A DNA stretch of 64,000 nucleotides from Myxococcota bacterium (GCA_044349155.1 JBIKRQ010000003.1:668-64667), one strand, 5' to 3'; counted from the first letter of the stretch, positions 8,577 to 17,956 are shown. Notes: generated by a model from the sequence alone, not told the origin. Numbers and translations: made by a program.

Positions 8577-9341
8577 TCACTGCACGAGGAAGGCAGAGAC
8601 GTAGACGGCGGTGACGTGACCGGGGACGACGTTGTCGATCGCTTCGCGCAACCACGACTTCAGCCGGCCCAGGCCTTCAGCGCCGCGGAGTTCTTCGAAG
8701 GTGTGCGAGCTGAGGGTGGTGATCACCGCATCGCGCACGCGGGGCACGTTGTCTTCGAGCTGCTTGACCTCGTCGGCGCTTTCCATTTCGACGTCGATGG
8801 TCAAGCGCGCGTAGCGGTCGACCTCGGGATTGCGCAGGTGCACGACGATGTCTTCGAGGCGCGCGGTCTTCATGCCGCCACCATCAGAGGACGCAGCAGG
8901 AGCGGGGGCGCCGTGGCCGCCTTCGGCAGCAGGAGGTGCGCCATGACCACCTTCGGCAGGCGGAGCACCATGACCACCTTCGGCGGGCTTGGCTTCGCCG
9001 TGACCACCCTCGGCAGGCTTCGCTTCGCCGTGGCCACCCTCGGCGGGTTTCGCTTCGCCATGGCCGCCTTCGGCAGGTTTGGCCTCGCCGTGTTCGCCAG
9101 CTTTGGCCTCGCCATGTTCGCCAGCGGGACCGCCATCCGCTGGTGCTTCGCCATGTTCAGCAGCGGGGGCAGCGGGGGCACTGTTGCCGCGCAGCACGAC
9201 GACCGCGCCAAGACCGGTGGTCGCCAGCAGATTCACGGCCGCCACAGCGAGCACGATCTTGTTGCTGAGCCCAGCGCCCTTGGCCTTCTTCTTGTCGTCG
9301 TCGTGCCCGTGGTCGGCGGGGGGTGGGGCGGGGTCGGACAT
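8577..9341 (-). CDS. fliL: FliL flagellar basal-body-associated protein with an inserted His/Glu/Gly-rich tandem repeat
   Basis: ORF 8577..9389 with a probable ATG at 9341 (MSDPAPPP). Single TM, then ~6 copies of PAEGGHGEAK-like units, then the FliL core (VVHLRNPEVDRYARLTIDVEMES...). Confidence 0.8.
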   Translation of the reverse strand: MSDPAPPPADHGHDDDKKKAKGAGLSNKIVLAVAAVNLLATTGLGAVVVLRGNSAPAAPAAEHGEAPADGGPAGEHGEAKAGEHGEAKPAEGGHGEAKPAEGGHGEAKPAEGGHGEAKPAEGGHGAPPAEGGHGAPPAAEGGHGAPAPAASSDGGGMKTARLEDIVVHLRNPEVDRYARLTIDVEMESADEVKQLEDNVPRVRDAVITTLSSHTFEELRGAEGLGRLKSWLREAIDNVVPGHVTAVYVSAFLVQ

Positions 9342-9500
9342 GTCGGTGCTCTCCGGAAGCCCTCGCGGGGCTTCCAGAGTCAACGGCACGTCGCTGGCAG
9401 ACTGAACGTCAGATCTGCGTGCGACCGTCAGAATGTCGGCGCATCGAGACGGGGACGTGTCGGTGACAGCACCCCGCCCGCCCCCAAAACCATTTGCCGC

Positions 9501-11630
9501 TCAGTACAGCGCGTAGTCCGCTGAGCCGTACACGGCGGTGCAGACTGCGGTGTACCCCGCGATGCTGCCGCTTTTGCCCGCCACGGTGTCGTACAGGCCG
9601 TGCAGCACGGCACGTCGCTGTGGGGGGAGTGCAGACGCCGGCCGGGCCACCGCCACGCGCGTGATCGCCGAGATGGCGTCGTCGATCTGCGCTGACGTAG
9701 GTACGACACGCACATCGTCGACCATGGTGAGCCACAGGCGCTGCTGCTGGTCTTTGCGGCGCTCGTGGTCGACCAGGGCGTCGCAGGTTTCGGCCGCGGC
9801 CTTGAACTGCACGAGGCTGTGACCGATGCCGGGGCGGAGGTCGCGGAACTCGATCTTGCGGTAGTCCATGCCGCCGACCTTGTCGTAGTGCACGTCGAAA
9901 CCGTTTTCGGTGGCGAACCCCGCGAAGCCGCCGATGCGCCAATCGACGTCGGTGGAGGCCCGCATCGCCTGCGCGTACTGCTCGCGCTTCATCAGCTTCG
10001 TGCTCTCCTTCGCGCGGTACTCGGGCGTGCGCATGATCGCCTTGAGCAACGCTTTGAACTTCAAGCCATCGTGCTCGAACTGCTGCAGCAACTGCTGGCG
10101 GACCGCCGTTTCTGACGACGTGAACCGGTGCCCGAGCAGGTGCGTCCACGCCTGGTTCACCACGCAGTCGTGAAAGGTTTCTGACGCGGCCAACGCTTTG
10201 CCAAAACCATCGAGCCCATCGACCACCGCGCCGTCGAACACCGCCTGGTGTGGGATCGGCAACGGGCGCTCACCCGGCATGACCTCGTGGTAGCGGCCGT
10301 AGAAGTCCCAGCGATCGCGCACGCGGGCCACGGCGTCGAGCTGCAGGTGGCACGCGGCACACGCGCGGCCCTCGGTGACGTTCGCCGTCGGCATGAGGTC
10401 GGGACTGTCGCGATACAAGATGGCGATGGTGCCGCCGGCGTCTTTCGTGTCGTCGAGCAGATCGAAGTCGGGGGTGGTCTCGTGGCAGAAGAAGGCCTCG
10501 AGGGTGCGCTGCGCCCAGCGACGACCGTTGTAGTAAAAGTTGAACATCGCTGGCGAACTCAGCACGCCGCTGTGCTGTGGGCCGCGGTCGACCTTGTGCC
10601 AGGGCTTCTTCGCGTCGGCGTCGACGAGCTGGCGCTGCTGGCCCCACACGCGGCCGTAGGCGACCTCGAGGTTGCCGTCGAGCATGCTCCAGTCGGCGGT
10701 GATCACCTCGCTGTACGGCAGGTCTTCTTGCACCACCGTCATCGCCAACCGCGCCATCTCTTCGTTCATCGCGTTGATGACCGGACGACGCGCCACATCG
10801 GTCCAGCAATGCACGAGGTTCGGGCCGCAACCGCAATGACCGCTCGCCTGCCCCGCTTCGGTATCGCAGCCGACCTTCTTGCCGTCGACGTCGACATCGA
10901 TCGTGGATGCTGCAGTCTGTTTGCACACCTTCACGGTGCTGCTGCGGTCCCACCACGGCGACACCTCGACGACGTTGCTGCCGTCGCAAGCACCCGCCTT
11001 GCGCTCGTCGACCAGGCGCTCGCTCGAGTACACCGCCTGCCGCAGCGGACCGCGCACGTCGACGAGTTTGCTGAAGCTGATCTTCGGCCCAAAGATCCCC
11101 TCGCGCGGCCGCATGATGTCCATGTGGTAGCGAAAGAACGTCGTCGAGAACGCCTCGCTCGCCATGAACTCGTCGATGAACGCGTCGATCGACTTGCCCG
11201 CGGCGAGTGCGTCCTGCTCCGTCGTCGTCGGCGTGATGCCGCGCAGGTCGAGCGACACACGACGCAACAGATCGAAGTCGGGCAACGGCGTGAGCGTTTG
11301 TGGCGTCGGCGGAGGCAACGAGGCAATCGGCGTGTGACGCCAGCGAATCACCGGCGGCACCGACAGCTGCTCGAGCAACCAGCGGTCCACCGTCGACTCC
11401 ACCAACTTCATCGTCTGCGGCGAACGGTCTGCCGGCAACGTCTCGGTGGCCTGGTAGTACTGGCCGAGCAACGTGCGCGGCCCACCACCCTCGACGGCGA
11501 CGTGGCAGGTCTTACAGCGCTCACCCAACGCGCGCGCGAAACGCTTGTGGGCCGAGGCCGGCATCGACAACGTCGTCAGCAGCAGCAGGCCCAGCAAAAC
11601 ACGTACGCGCATGAGCAAAGACATAGCCAC
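9501..11630 (-). CDS. secreted CxxCH-motif protein of the DUF1585/DUF1588/DUF1592-like (planctomycete cytochrome-c-like) type
   Basis: 709 aa with a signal peptide, an N-terminal CKTCH motif and a later ACAACHLQLD motif with FFCHETTP. Family recalled from memory and not verified. Confidence 0.6.
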   Translation of the reverse strand: MAMSLLMRVRVLLGLLLLTTLSMPASAHKRFARALGERCKTCHVAVEGGGPRTLLGQYYQATETLPADRSPQTMKLVESTVDRWLLEQLSVPPVIRWRHTPIASLPPPTPQTLTPLPDFDLLRRVSLDLRGITPTTTEQDALAAGKSIDAFIDEFMASEAFSTTFFRYHMDIMRPREGIFGPKISFSKLVDVRGPLRQAVYSSERLVDERKAGACDGSNVVEVSPWWDRSSTVKVCKQTAASTIDVDVDGKKVGCDTEAGQASGHCGCGPNLVHCWTDVARRPVINAMNEEMARLAMTVVQEDLPYSEVITADWSMLDGNLEVAYGRVWGQQRQLVDADAKKPWHKVDRGPQHSGVLSSPAMFNFYYNGRRWAQRTLEAFFCHETTPDFDLLDDTKDAGGTIAILYRDSPDLMPTANVTEGRACAACHLQLDAVARVRDRWDFYGRYHEVMPGERPLPIPHQAVFDGAVVDGLDGFGKALAASETFHDCVVNQAWTHLLGHRFTSSETAVRQQLLQQFEHDGLKFKALLKAIMRTPEYRAKESTKLMKREQYAQAMRASTDVDWRIGGFAGFATENGFDVHYDKVGGMDYRKIEFRDLRPGIGHSLVQFKAAAETCDALVDHERRKDQQQRLWLTMVDDVRVVPTSAQIDDAISAITRVAVARPASALPPQRRAVLHGLYDTVAGKSGSIAGYTAVCTAVYGSADYALY

Positions 11631-11738
11631 GGCAAGTCAACGCGTCGAACGACGTCGGCGCGGCAGGTTGTCCAACGGCGCGCCTTGAGCGCGCGACGCG
11701 TGCCTTCGCTACAGTGGCCGCGGACCCCGGGAGTACGC

Positions 11739-12545
11739 ATGCGTCACGTTGTTCTGCTGGTGATTTCGGGAGCGGCTGCGTGGTCGACGTGGTCCACGCC
11801 GTCGCACGCGTGCGATCCCACCGTCCCGGTGCTCGACACCGCGTTTCCGTTTGAGGGCTACACCGTGCCGCGCAACGCCACGTTGGGGGCGGTCAAAGTC
11901 GACGACACCATCTACGGCGAACTCGTTGGCGACGACGGTGCGACGCGACGCGTGGCCTGGAGCGACGACGACGCGCGCTTCACCCCCGAGCTACCCGACG
12001 GTGTGTTGCCTGCAGGCCGGCAGGTGCTCACGCTGTTGAGCACCGAAGACGACAACGTCAGCCGCGACATCATCTTCGGCGTCGAAGACGCGATCGATAC
12101 CGACGCCGCGGCGGTCGGCGTGTCGATCACGCGGCGCATCGGCGGCGACAGCGCGCTCGGCCAGGAGAATCCATGCGCGAGCACGCCGTGGCCCACCACG
12201 TTTGCCACGATCGCCATCGAGTCGGGCGGCGACGACGCGGCCTTCATCCAGCTGCAGTCGGGGGAGCGCTTGCGCTTGTTTGATGGCGCGCTCGAAATCA
12301 GCGAAACGGATCGCGACCTCAGCGGCCTCGTCGTCGTCGACTTCGCCGGCAACGCCAGCACGCCCGAGGTGGTCGATGCGGGCAGCGGTGATGACGGCGG
12401 TGGCGGCTGCGGTTGTCGCAGCAACAGTGCCGCGTCGACGGCGGGGCTGGCGCTGTTGGCGGGGCTGTTGCGCGGGGCCCGTCGTCGTCGACGAGGCTCA
12501 GTGACCAAGGGGCCAGCTGGTGACGCCGTAGCCGAGCCAATCTGA
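11739..12545 (+). CDS. secreted protein with a MYXO-CTERM-like sorting tail
   Basis: The real gene is the 3' third of the 765-aa ORF. ATG at 11739 gives MRHVVLLVISGAAAWS. The C-terminus GGGGCGCRSNSAASTAGLALLAGLLRGARRRRR resembles the MYXO-CTERM Cys/TM/Arg pattern, followed by 16 extra residues. Confidence 0.65.
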   Translation: MRHVVLLVISGAAAWSTWSTPSHACDPTVPVLDTAFPFEGYTVPRNATLGAVKVDDTIYGELVGDDGATRRVAWSDDDARFTPELPDGVLPAGRQVLTLLSTEDDNVSRDIIFGVEDAIDTDAAAVGVSITRRIGGDSALGQENPCASTPWPTTFATIAIESGGDDAAFIQLQSGERLRLFDGALEISETDRDLSGLVVVDFAGNASTPEVVDAGSGDDGGGGCGCRSNSAASTAGLALLAGLLRGARRRRRGSVTKGPAGDAVAEPI

Positions 12546-13196
12546 CGCGAGGTCCAGACCGACCAAAGCGCTGCCTGTTCCACTGAGCGATGAGTCGACG
12601 TACAGGCCGGCATCCGTTTCGGGCAAGACATCGTCGGTCTCAACGAACATCGCCGACGTCGTGCCGACGAGCGTATCAGCAGGCAAGCTCGCAAAGTCGA
12701 TCGCGTCCAGCACGTCGAGGTCGATCGCGGCATCAATCACGATGACGCCAGCGTAGGCGATGCGATCGTCGTCGAGGAACGCCGAGTCCGGCGGCGGCGG
12801 CCAGACGACATGGGCCCAGTCGACGGTAGCGATCGCGTTTGGGTCGCCGCCGAGTGGAACTGTGTCGCGCACAAGCAGTGCGCTCTCGCCAGTGAGCTGG
12901 ATCGTGCCGTCAACGGTCGGGAAGTCTCGGCCGTCGTTGAGGAACCACACCGGCCAGGCGCGCAGCAGGGGAGGATTGTCGTCGCCAAAGAGGACCGTGA
13001 AGGCGTCGTCACTGCCCGCAGCGACCCAGACATCAAGCCCGTCTTGCAGGGCTGTTTCGCCTTCTCCTTCGCCTTCGCCTTCTCCTTCACCTTCACCTTC
13101 GATGGCGGGCAGCGCGGGCGGAATGACGTCGACGTCGGGTGGGGCGCAAGCACTCAGAGCGCAGGCAGCAAGAGCAACGAGAGTGTGGGTGTGCAT
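12498..13196 (-). CDS. hypothetical lipoprotein with a (GE)n linker
   Basis: ATG at 13196 gives MHTHTLVALAACALSAC (lipobox), then EGEGEGEGEGEGEGE. Its 3' end overlaps the convergent gene by 48 nt. Confidence 0.6.
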   Translation of the reverse strand: MHTHTLVALAACALSACAPPDVDVIPPALPAIEGEGEGEGEGEGEGETALQDGLDVWVAAGSDDAFTVLFGDDNPPLLRAWPVWFLNDGRDFPTVDGTIQLTGESALLVRDTVPLGGDPNAIATVDWAHVVWPPPPDSAFLDDDRIAYAGVIVIDAAIDLDVLDAIDFASLPADTLVGTTSAMFVETDDVLPETDAGLYVDSSLSGTGSALVGLDLASDWLGYGVTSWPLGH

Positions 13197-13277
13197 CGTG
13201 TGGACCTCGATGCTTGTGGTGCGCGGCGTGTGCAGCCTCGTGCAACAGCGCGTGATGCCGAGCACAGGCGTAAGCGA

Positions 13278-13709
13278 TCAGCGCTTCGGCGCCTTCGGCA
13301 CCTTCGGCGACAGACCCAGGGCGCTGCGGGCCAACGCATCGGCGCGGCTGTTTCGTCGCCGCGTGACCAGCACAAACGACGACGTCACACCGGCCAGCGC
13401 GGCTTCGGCTTCGGCGATGGCTGCAGCCAATGCCGGCACATGTGTGGGCTCGCGCGCGTGTCGCAACAGCTGCACCACCACGTCGCTGTCGCTGTGTACG
13501 ACGACCTCGCTGGCCCCCAATGCCACCGCGCGCCGTACCGCCTCGGCCACCGCAAGGGCTTCGGCCACGTTGTTGTCGCCGCGTTCGGGCCACAACACGC
13601 TGCCGGTGTGTTCGGTGCCATCCGGGGCGATGACGACGACGCCAAGACCAAGCGGCCCGGGGTTCGGTGCCGCACTGCCATCGCACCACAACTGAAACGT
13701 GCCGCTCAT
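13278..13709 (-). CDS. RNase H-like (type 1 / RVT_3-like) protein
   Basis: ATG at 13709 (MSGTFQLWCDGS). The DG(S/A) start, NNVAEALAV and RRRNSRADALAR motifs fit the RNase HI fold. Confidence 0.7.
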   Translation of the reverse strand: MSGTFQLWCDGSAAPNPGPLGLGVVVIAPDGTEHTGSVLWPERGDNNVAEALAVAEAVRRAVALGASEVVVHSDSDVVVQLLRHAREPTHVPALAAAIAEAEAALAGVTSSFVLVTRRRNSRADALARSALGLSPKVPKAPKR

Positions 13710-13716
13710 GACGACG

Positions 13717-14355
13717 TCAGCGCGGGCGCAGACGACGCACGATGCCGCCGATCGAGAACACCACCACCGCCATCGAAGCAATCCATGCCACCAGATAGGT
13801 GGTCATCGCTCCGGGCTTCTCGTCGACGACGATGGCGCGTGCTGTGGGCGACACCGACAAACCCATGCGCGTCTCGAACCACTGCCGCACAGCACCGAGC
13901 TCACTGTTGGCCGCAAACGACACGAGCCGCCCCGACACAGCGACGTCGGAGAACGGCAACAGGTCTTTGTGCGTTTGGCTGTCGAACTCGATGAACAACG
14001 GAGCGCCCACGACTTCGCGCACGGTGATGGGCCCAAAGCGCAACGAGCCGCTGCGCCACGCCGGAATCTCGGCCGCCTTGTTGCCGAGCACCACGCTGGC
14101 TTTCACCCACGTGCCGTCGGGCACTTTGGCGAGCACGTCGGGGCGGGCATCGGCGATGTCGAGGGGTGCAGCCTGCCGGCGAAAATGAAACGCGAGCTCG
14201 TCGATGGTGGGCACCAACACCCACGCCGAGGCGAGCACGGCGGCGACCGCCAACACGATGCGCACCGGATGCACACCACCGCTGCGCTGACCGCGAACGA
14301 ATTCCTCGAGGTCGTCGTCGAGGGGATCGTCAGCAGGCGGCTCGGTGGTCATCAC
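13717..14355 (-). CDS. hypothetical membrane protein (two TM segments flanking a soluble domain)
   Basis: 212-aa ORF with an acidic N-terminus and TM segments at ~30-50 and ~185-205. Tightly packed between ispD and the RNase H-like gene. Confidence 0.55.
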   Translation of the reverse strand: MMTTEPPADDPLDDDLEEFVRGQRSGGVHPVRIVLAVAAVLASAWVLVPTIDELAFHFRRQAAPLDIADARPDVLAKVPDGTWVKASVVLGNKAAEIPAWRSGSLRFGPITVREVVGAPLFIEFDSQTHKDLLPFSDVAVSGRLVSFAANSELGAVRQWFETRMGLSVSPTARAIVVDEKPGAMTTYLVAWIASMAVVVFSIGGIVRRLRPR

Positions 14356-14361
14356 AACGGC

Positions 14362-15117
14362 TCAGGCGTCGCTGCGCTTGGCTTCGCCGGCGTCGAGTGC
14401 GGTGTGCAGCGGATCGTCGGGCAGCAGGTCGCTCGGGTAGACGAAGGCGTAGTCGGCCGCACGACGAGAAAAGACCTCGAGGGCGCGGCTGACGTCGGCA
14501 CCGTTGCGCAACAGGCGGTTGTCGTCGTCGCCATCCACGAGCGTGACGCTGGCGCCGGCCTTGGCCACGGCTTCCACTTCGTCGTCGTCGATCTGCGTTT
14601 CAAGGGCCGACTTGAGCACCGCCACCTTGTAGGCAGCAGGGCCCTGCAGCACGCGCAGGTTGGGGCGCGAATCGAGCGGAATCAAGGTACCGCTCTCGTC
14701 GGCAGCGATGAGGTCGGCCGAGCTGACCGCAGCGATCGCCGCATCGCCCGCGCGCGCCGCTTTGACGACGGCATCGGCGAGACCCACCGGCGTGAGCACG
14801 CGCGCACCCTCTTGCACAACGACGAGGTCGACGTCGGCGGGCAGTGCCGACAACCCCGCGAGCAGCGCACTCTTGCGGTCGGGACCACCCGCCACCACGC
14901 GATCGATCTCGTCGAGGCCGAAGCGCTCGATCACCTCGGCGCGCACGGTGTCGACGAGGTCGGCAGGCACCACCACCACACCCGTGACCGCTTCGTCGGT
15001 GGGCAAACCACCAGCGATGGCGCGGGCGAGCAGCGGCGCGCCCAGGAGTTGATCGAGCAGCGAGCGCGACGGCAAACCAGCGCCAACGTCGGCGGTGAGC
15101 ACAATCAAACCCAACAT
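14362..15117 (-). CDS. ispD: 2-C-methyl-D-erythritol 4-phosphate cytidylyltransferase-like (IspD family)
   Basis: ATG at 15117 (MLGLIVLTADVGAGLPS...). GT-A/IspD-like layout, and it lies directly downstream of a CarD-family gene, a widely conserved neighbourhood. Confidence 0.65.
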   Translation of the reverse strand: MLGLIVLTADVGAGLPSRSLLDQLLGAPLLARAIAGGLPTDEAVTGVVVVPADLVDTVRAEVIERFGLDEIDRVVAGGPDRKSALLAGLSALPADVDLVVVQEGARVLTPVGLADAVVKAARAGDAAIAAVSSADLIAADESGTLIPLDSRPNLRVLQGPAAYKVAVLKSALETQIDDDEVEAVAKAGASVTLVDGDDDNRLLRNGADVSRALEVFSRRAADYAFVYPSDLLPDDPLHTALDAGEAKRSDA

Positions 15118-15189
15118 CACAGACTCCTCACACGAAGCGGGCGGCGCAGATGACAACGACCGGAGGTCCGGTCGTCGTTCAGGCAAACG

Positions 15190-15678
15190 TCAGCACTTGA
15201 AGATGGTGCGGAACTCGGTCTCGACCTCTTCCTCAGACATCTGCTTCGCGATCGAAATCTCCTTCACGAGGAGCGACCGCGCCGTGTCGAGCATCTTGCG
15301 CTCGCCGAACGACAAATCCTTGTCGCCCTTGAGCAGGTAGAGGTCGCGCAGCACCTTGGCGACTTCGAAGACCGAGCCGGTCTTGATCTTCTCCATGTAC
15401 TCGCGGTAGCGGCGATTCCACGTCGTGGACTCGACAACTTTTTCCTTCTTGCGCAGGATCTTGAAGACCTCTTCGGCTTCGGCCGACGAGATGATCTCGC
15501 GCATGCCCACGGCCTTCACGTTCGAGGTCGGGATCATGACCTTCATGCCGTTGTCGAGGATCTTCAGCACATAAAAGACCATCTCGTGACCGGAGATCTC
15601 TTTGCGCTCGATGGCGACCACCTCTGCCACGCCGTGCGCCGGGTACACAGCTTTGTCGCCAACCTTGAACGTATCCAT
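15190..15678 (-). CDS. cdnL: CarD/CdnL-family RNA-polymerase-binding transcription factor
   Basis: ATG at 15678. MDTFKVGDKAVYPAHGVAEVVAIERKEISGHEMVFYVLKI is the canonical CarD_TRCF RID domain. 162 aa. Confidence 0.9.
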   Translation of the reverse strand: MDTFKVGDKAVYPAHGVAEVVAIERKEISGHEMVFYVLKILDNGMKVMIPTSNVKAVGMREIISSAEAEEVFKILRKKEKVVESTTWNRRYREYMEKIKTGSVFEVAKVLRDLYLLKGDKDLSFGERKMLDTARSLLVKEISIAKQMSEEEVETEFRTIFKC

Positions 15679-15792
15679 GAAGCGCGCTCCTGACCGTCTG
15701 CGGCGTGGTGTCGACGGAGGGTGCAACGAATGCTGCACCGTCGGGTGTTGACACCGTTGCCAATACGGGCGGGGCATACCATCTCTTTGACG

Positions 15793-17418
15793 GTGAAGCC
15801 ATTGTTCAAACGCTTTGCGTCGTCGACCCGACCGGCCCTTGTCACCCTCGGCCTGTTGGGTGCGTGCACCAGCCTCGCCCAAAGTGCTGGGAGTGCGGGT
15901 TCGTTTTCGTCGTCGTCGTCGTCGTCACCGTCGTCTGCGAGTGGCTCAAGCACCCTTGCTGCGGGTGACGCCGCAAGCCTGCTGGCCCTGCCGCCCGCCA
16001 CCGGCACGCCCGCGGTGCTCTCGCTGAAAGACGCCGTCGAACGCGCACTGCAAAGCGCCCCCGACAACCGCATCGCCGCGGAACGGGTGGCGCAGCAGTC
16101 GGCTGCCGTGCGTCGGGCGTGGGCGTTGCTGCTGCCGACGGCGTCGGTGGGGGCCAGCTACGCGCTCACCTGCACGGGTGGTCAAAACGGCGTCGACTGC
16201 GGCGACCGCACCACCAGCCTCGTGAGTCAAGACACCATCGACCAGCAGGCCCTGCTGTTCGACAGCCTGTCAGACATCATCGGTGTTGCTGCCGACGCGG
16301 CCACCAACCCCGACGACGCCGAGCAGTTTCGCGAGCAGCAGGCACAGCTGAAGTCGACGGCCAACGAGATCCGCAGCACCGACACCACCCCTGTCGTCGT
16401 TCAGCCCGCGAGCCAGTTGGCGGGGCAGCTTACGGTGAGCGTGCCGCTCGTGAACCCACGCGCGTACCCCGCGTTGCTCAACGCCTACGACGGCGTGCAG
16501 GCCGCGAAGTCGACGCAGGATGTGGCGCGACAAACCCTCGTGCTCGCCGTCGTTCGCACCTACCACGCCACCGTCACCGCCGAGCGCTTGCGGCAGGCCA
16601 GTGAGCGGCAGGTGGCCTGGACCACCCGTCAACGCGACGCCGTCAGCGCTCGTGTGCAGGCCACCACGCAGCCCCTGTTGGCCCTGCAGCGGGCCGAGCT
16701 CGAGGTGCTGCGTGCGCGCCAAACCCTGAGCCAAACCACGGCGTCGGCCGACAACGCACTGGGTGCCCTGGCTGGTTTGTTGGGCACCACCGAACGCTTC
16801 ACCGTGGTGGCCCCGCCCGTGGTGCCGCCCGTGGCCAACAGCGACGTCGATGCGCTGGTCGAGCAGGCCCTGGCGTCGCGCCCCGAAGTGCGCGCTCAAC
16901 GCACGGCCCTGCAGGTCGCTGAACGCGGCACCCTCGATGCGTGGATGCAGTTCATGCCCACCGTGGGGCTGTCGGCCACCGCGCGCGCCACGTCGTTCAC
17001 GCAGGGCTTTGTGCGCGATCCCGTCACCGGTGTGCTCACGCTGTCGGCGTCGTTGCCCCTGTACGACGGCGGTGTGCGCTACGCCGCCCTCGACGACGCT
17101 GCGTCACGCACGAGCGAGGAGCGTATTCGCCTGCGCCAGCTCGAAGACCGTGTTGCGGCCCAGGTGCGCGGCAACATTCGCGAAGTGCAGCTGCGCCAGG
17201 AGTCGTTGGCGTTGTCGCGGCAGGCGCTCGAGGTCGCTCAGCAGGCGCAGAACAATGCTCAGGCGTTGTTCGATGCTGGCGTCGGTACTGCGCTTGATGT
17301 GTCTGAGACGAATCTCGCGGTGTTTGTCGCTGAGAGTGATGCCCTGCGGGCTGAGCTGGAGGTTGCTCAGGCTTCTCTTGGGTTGCGGTGGGCTGTTGGG
17401 GAGTCGCTCGTCGACTGA
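15793..17418 (+). CDS. TolC-family outer membrane efflux protein
   Basis: ORF 15721..17418. GTG at 15793 gives a plausible signal peptide (VKPLFKRFASS...LGLLGACTSLAQS). The LSLKDAVERALQSAPDNRIAAERV start and two TolC-like repeats are recognisable. Confidence 0.75.
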   Translation: MKPLFKRFASSTRPALVTLGLLGACTSLAQSAGSAGSFSSSSSSSPSSASGSSTLAAGDAASLLALPPATGTPAVLSLKDAVERALQSAPDNRIAAERVAQQSAAVRRAWALLLPTASVGASYALTCTGGQNGVDCGDRTTSLVSQDTIDQQALLFDSLSDIIGVAADAATNPDDAEQFREQQAQLKSTANEIRSTDTTPVVVQPASQLAGQLTVSVPLVNPRAYPALLNAYDGVQAAKSTQDVARQTLVLAVVRTYHATVTAERLRQASERQVAWTTRQRDAVSARVQATTQPLLALQRAELEVLRARQTLSQTTASADNALGALAGLLGTTERFTVVAPPVVPPVANSDVDALVEQALASRPEVRAQRTALQVAERGTLDAWMQFMPTVGLSATARATSFTQGFVRDPVTGVLTLSASLPLYDGGVRYAALDDAASRTSEERIRLRQLEDRVAAQVRGNIREVQLRQESLALSRQALEVAQQAQNNAQALFDAGVGTALDVSETNLAVFVAESDALRAELEVAQASLGLRWAVGESLVD

Positions 17419-17587
17419 CCTTCGCTTTCGCTTTTGCGTTTCGTTTTTGCGTTTTTGCGTTTCGCTTTCGCGTTTTCGCGTTTTCGCGTTTTCGCGTTTT
17501 GCGTTTTGCGGTTTGCGTTTGCGTTTGCGTTTTCGCTTGCGTTTTCGCGTTTCGCTTTTGCGTTTTCGCTTCTTCGGTTGTGGCGCG
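17419..17587 (+). repeat. 169-nt A-free T/G/C microsatellite (GCGTTTT / GCGTTTC-type units)
   Basis: No adenine between 17419 and 17587. It starts immediately after the TolC-like stop codon. Confidence 0.9.
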
Positions 17588-17592
17588 AGGTC

Positions 17593-17691
17593 GCTTCACG
17601 TCGTCGTCGTCACTCGATGGCCGGCGATCAGTGCGTCCGCCCTTTGGACTACGCCTTCGGCGGGAGTCAGGAACCTTCTGGCCAAGGTTCC
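17593..17691 (+). repeat. conserved ~70-nt intergenic core (17593-17662) plus 8-bp hairpin (17670-17691), copy 1 of 2
   Basis: The core is ~88% identical to the reverse complement of 21398-21466. It is followed by the ggaacctt/aaggttcc hairpin and then ccttttgg. Confidence 0.75.
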
Positions 17692-17956
17692 CGACACCCT
17701 CCAGGCCTTTTGGTGGTCTGTGCGCTGCTCCCCGTGCACTTTGAGCGTCGGCGGCGAACATCTCGTCGTCGTCGATCGGGCTGGCGCCTCCTGGTTCAAA
17801 GTGCATCGGCCAGGCACCCCTCCGGCCCATTGTGGGCGTTGCCGCGTCGACGTCGTGGTCTGTGCGCTGCCGCGTCGACGGAGAGGTGGTCTGTGCGCTC
17901 CCGCGCGTCCGGCCGCGTCGTGCGTGCTCGCTGTTCGACGCGGGCGCCGGCCTGCT

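Noticed and set aside
13278-13709. RNase H-like gene as a dedicated retron maturation factor.
   Set aside because: It lies ~26 kb from the retron in an unrelated ispD-cdnL neighbourhood, so there is no positional support.
17419-17587. CRISPR array or CRISPR-like repeats (also 21470-21517).
   Set aside because: These are short 6-9-nt microsatellite units with no unique spacers of 25-40 nt and no cas genes in the window.
17617-17670. Possible conserved micro-ORF in the 70-nt core (MAGDQCVRPLDYAFGG against MVVDQCVLALDDAFGA in the copy at 21.4 kb).
   Set aside because: All six codon differences between the two copies are non-synonymous and none is synonymous. Similarity stops after 17 codons, which fits a nucleotide-level element rather than a protein under purifying selection.
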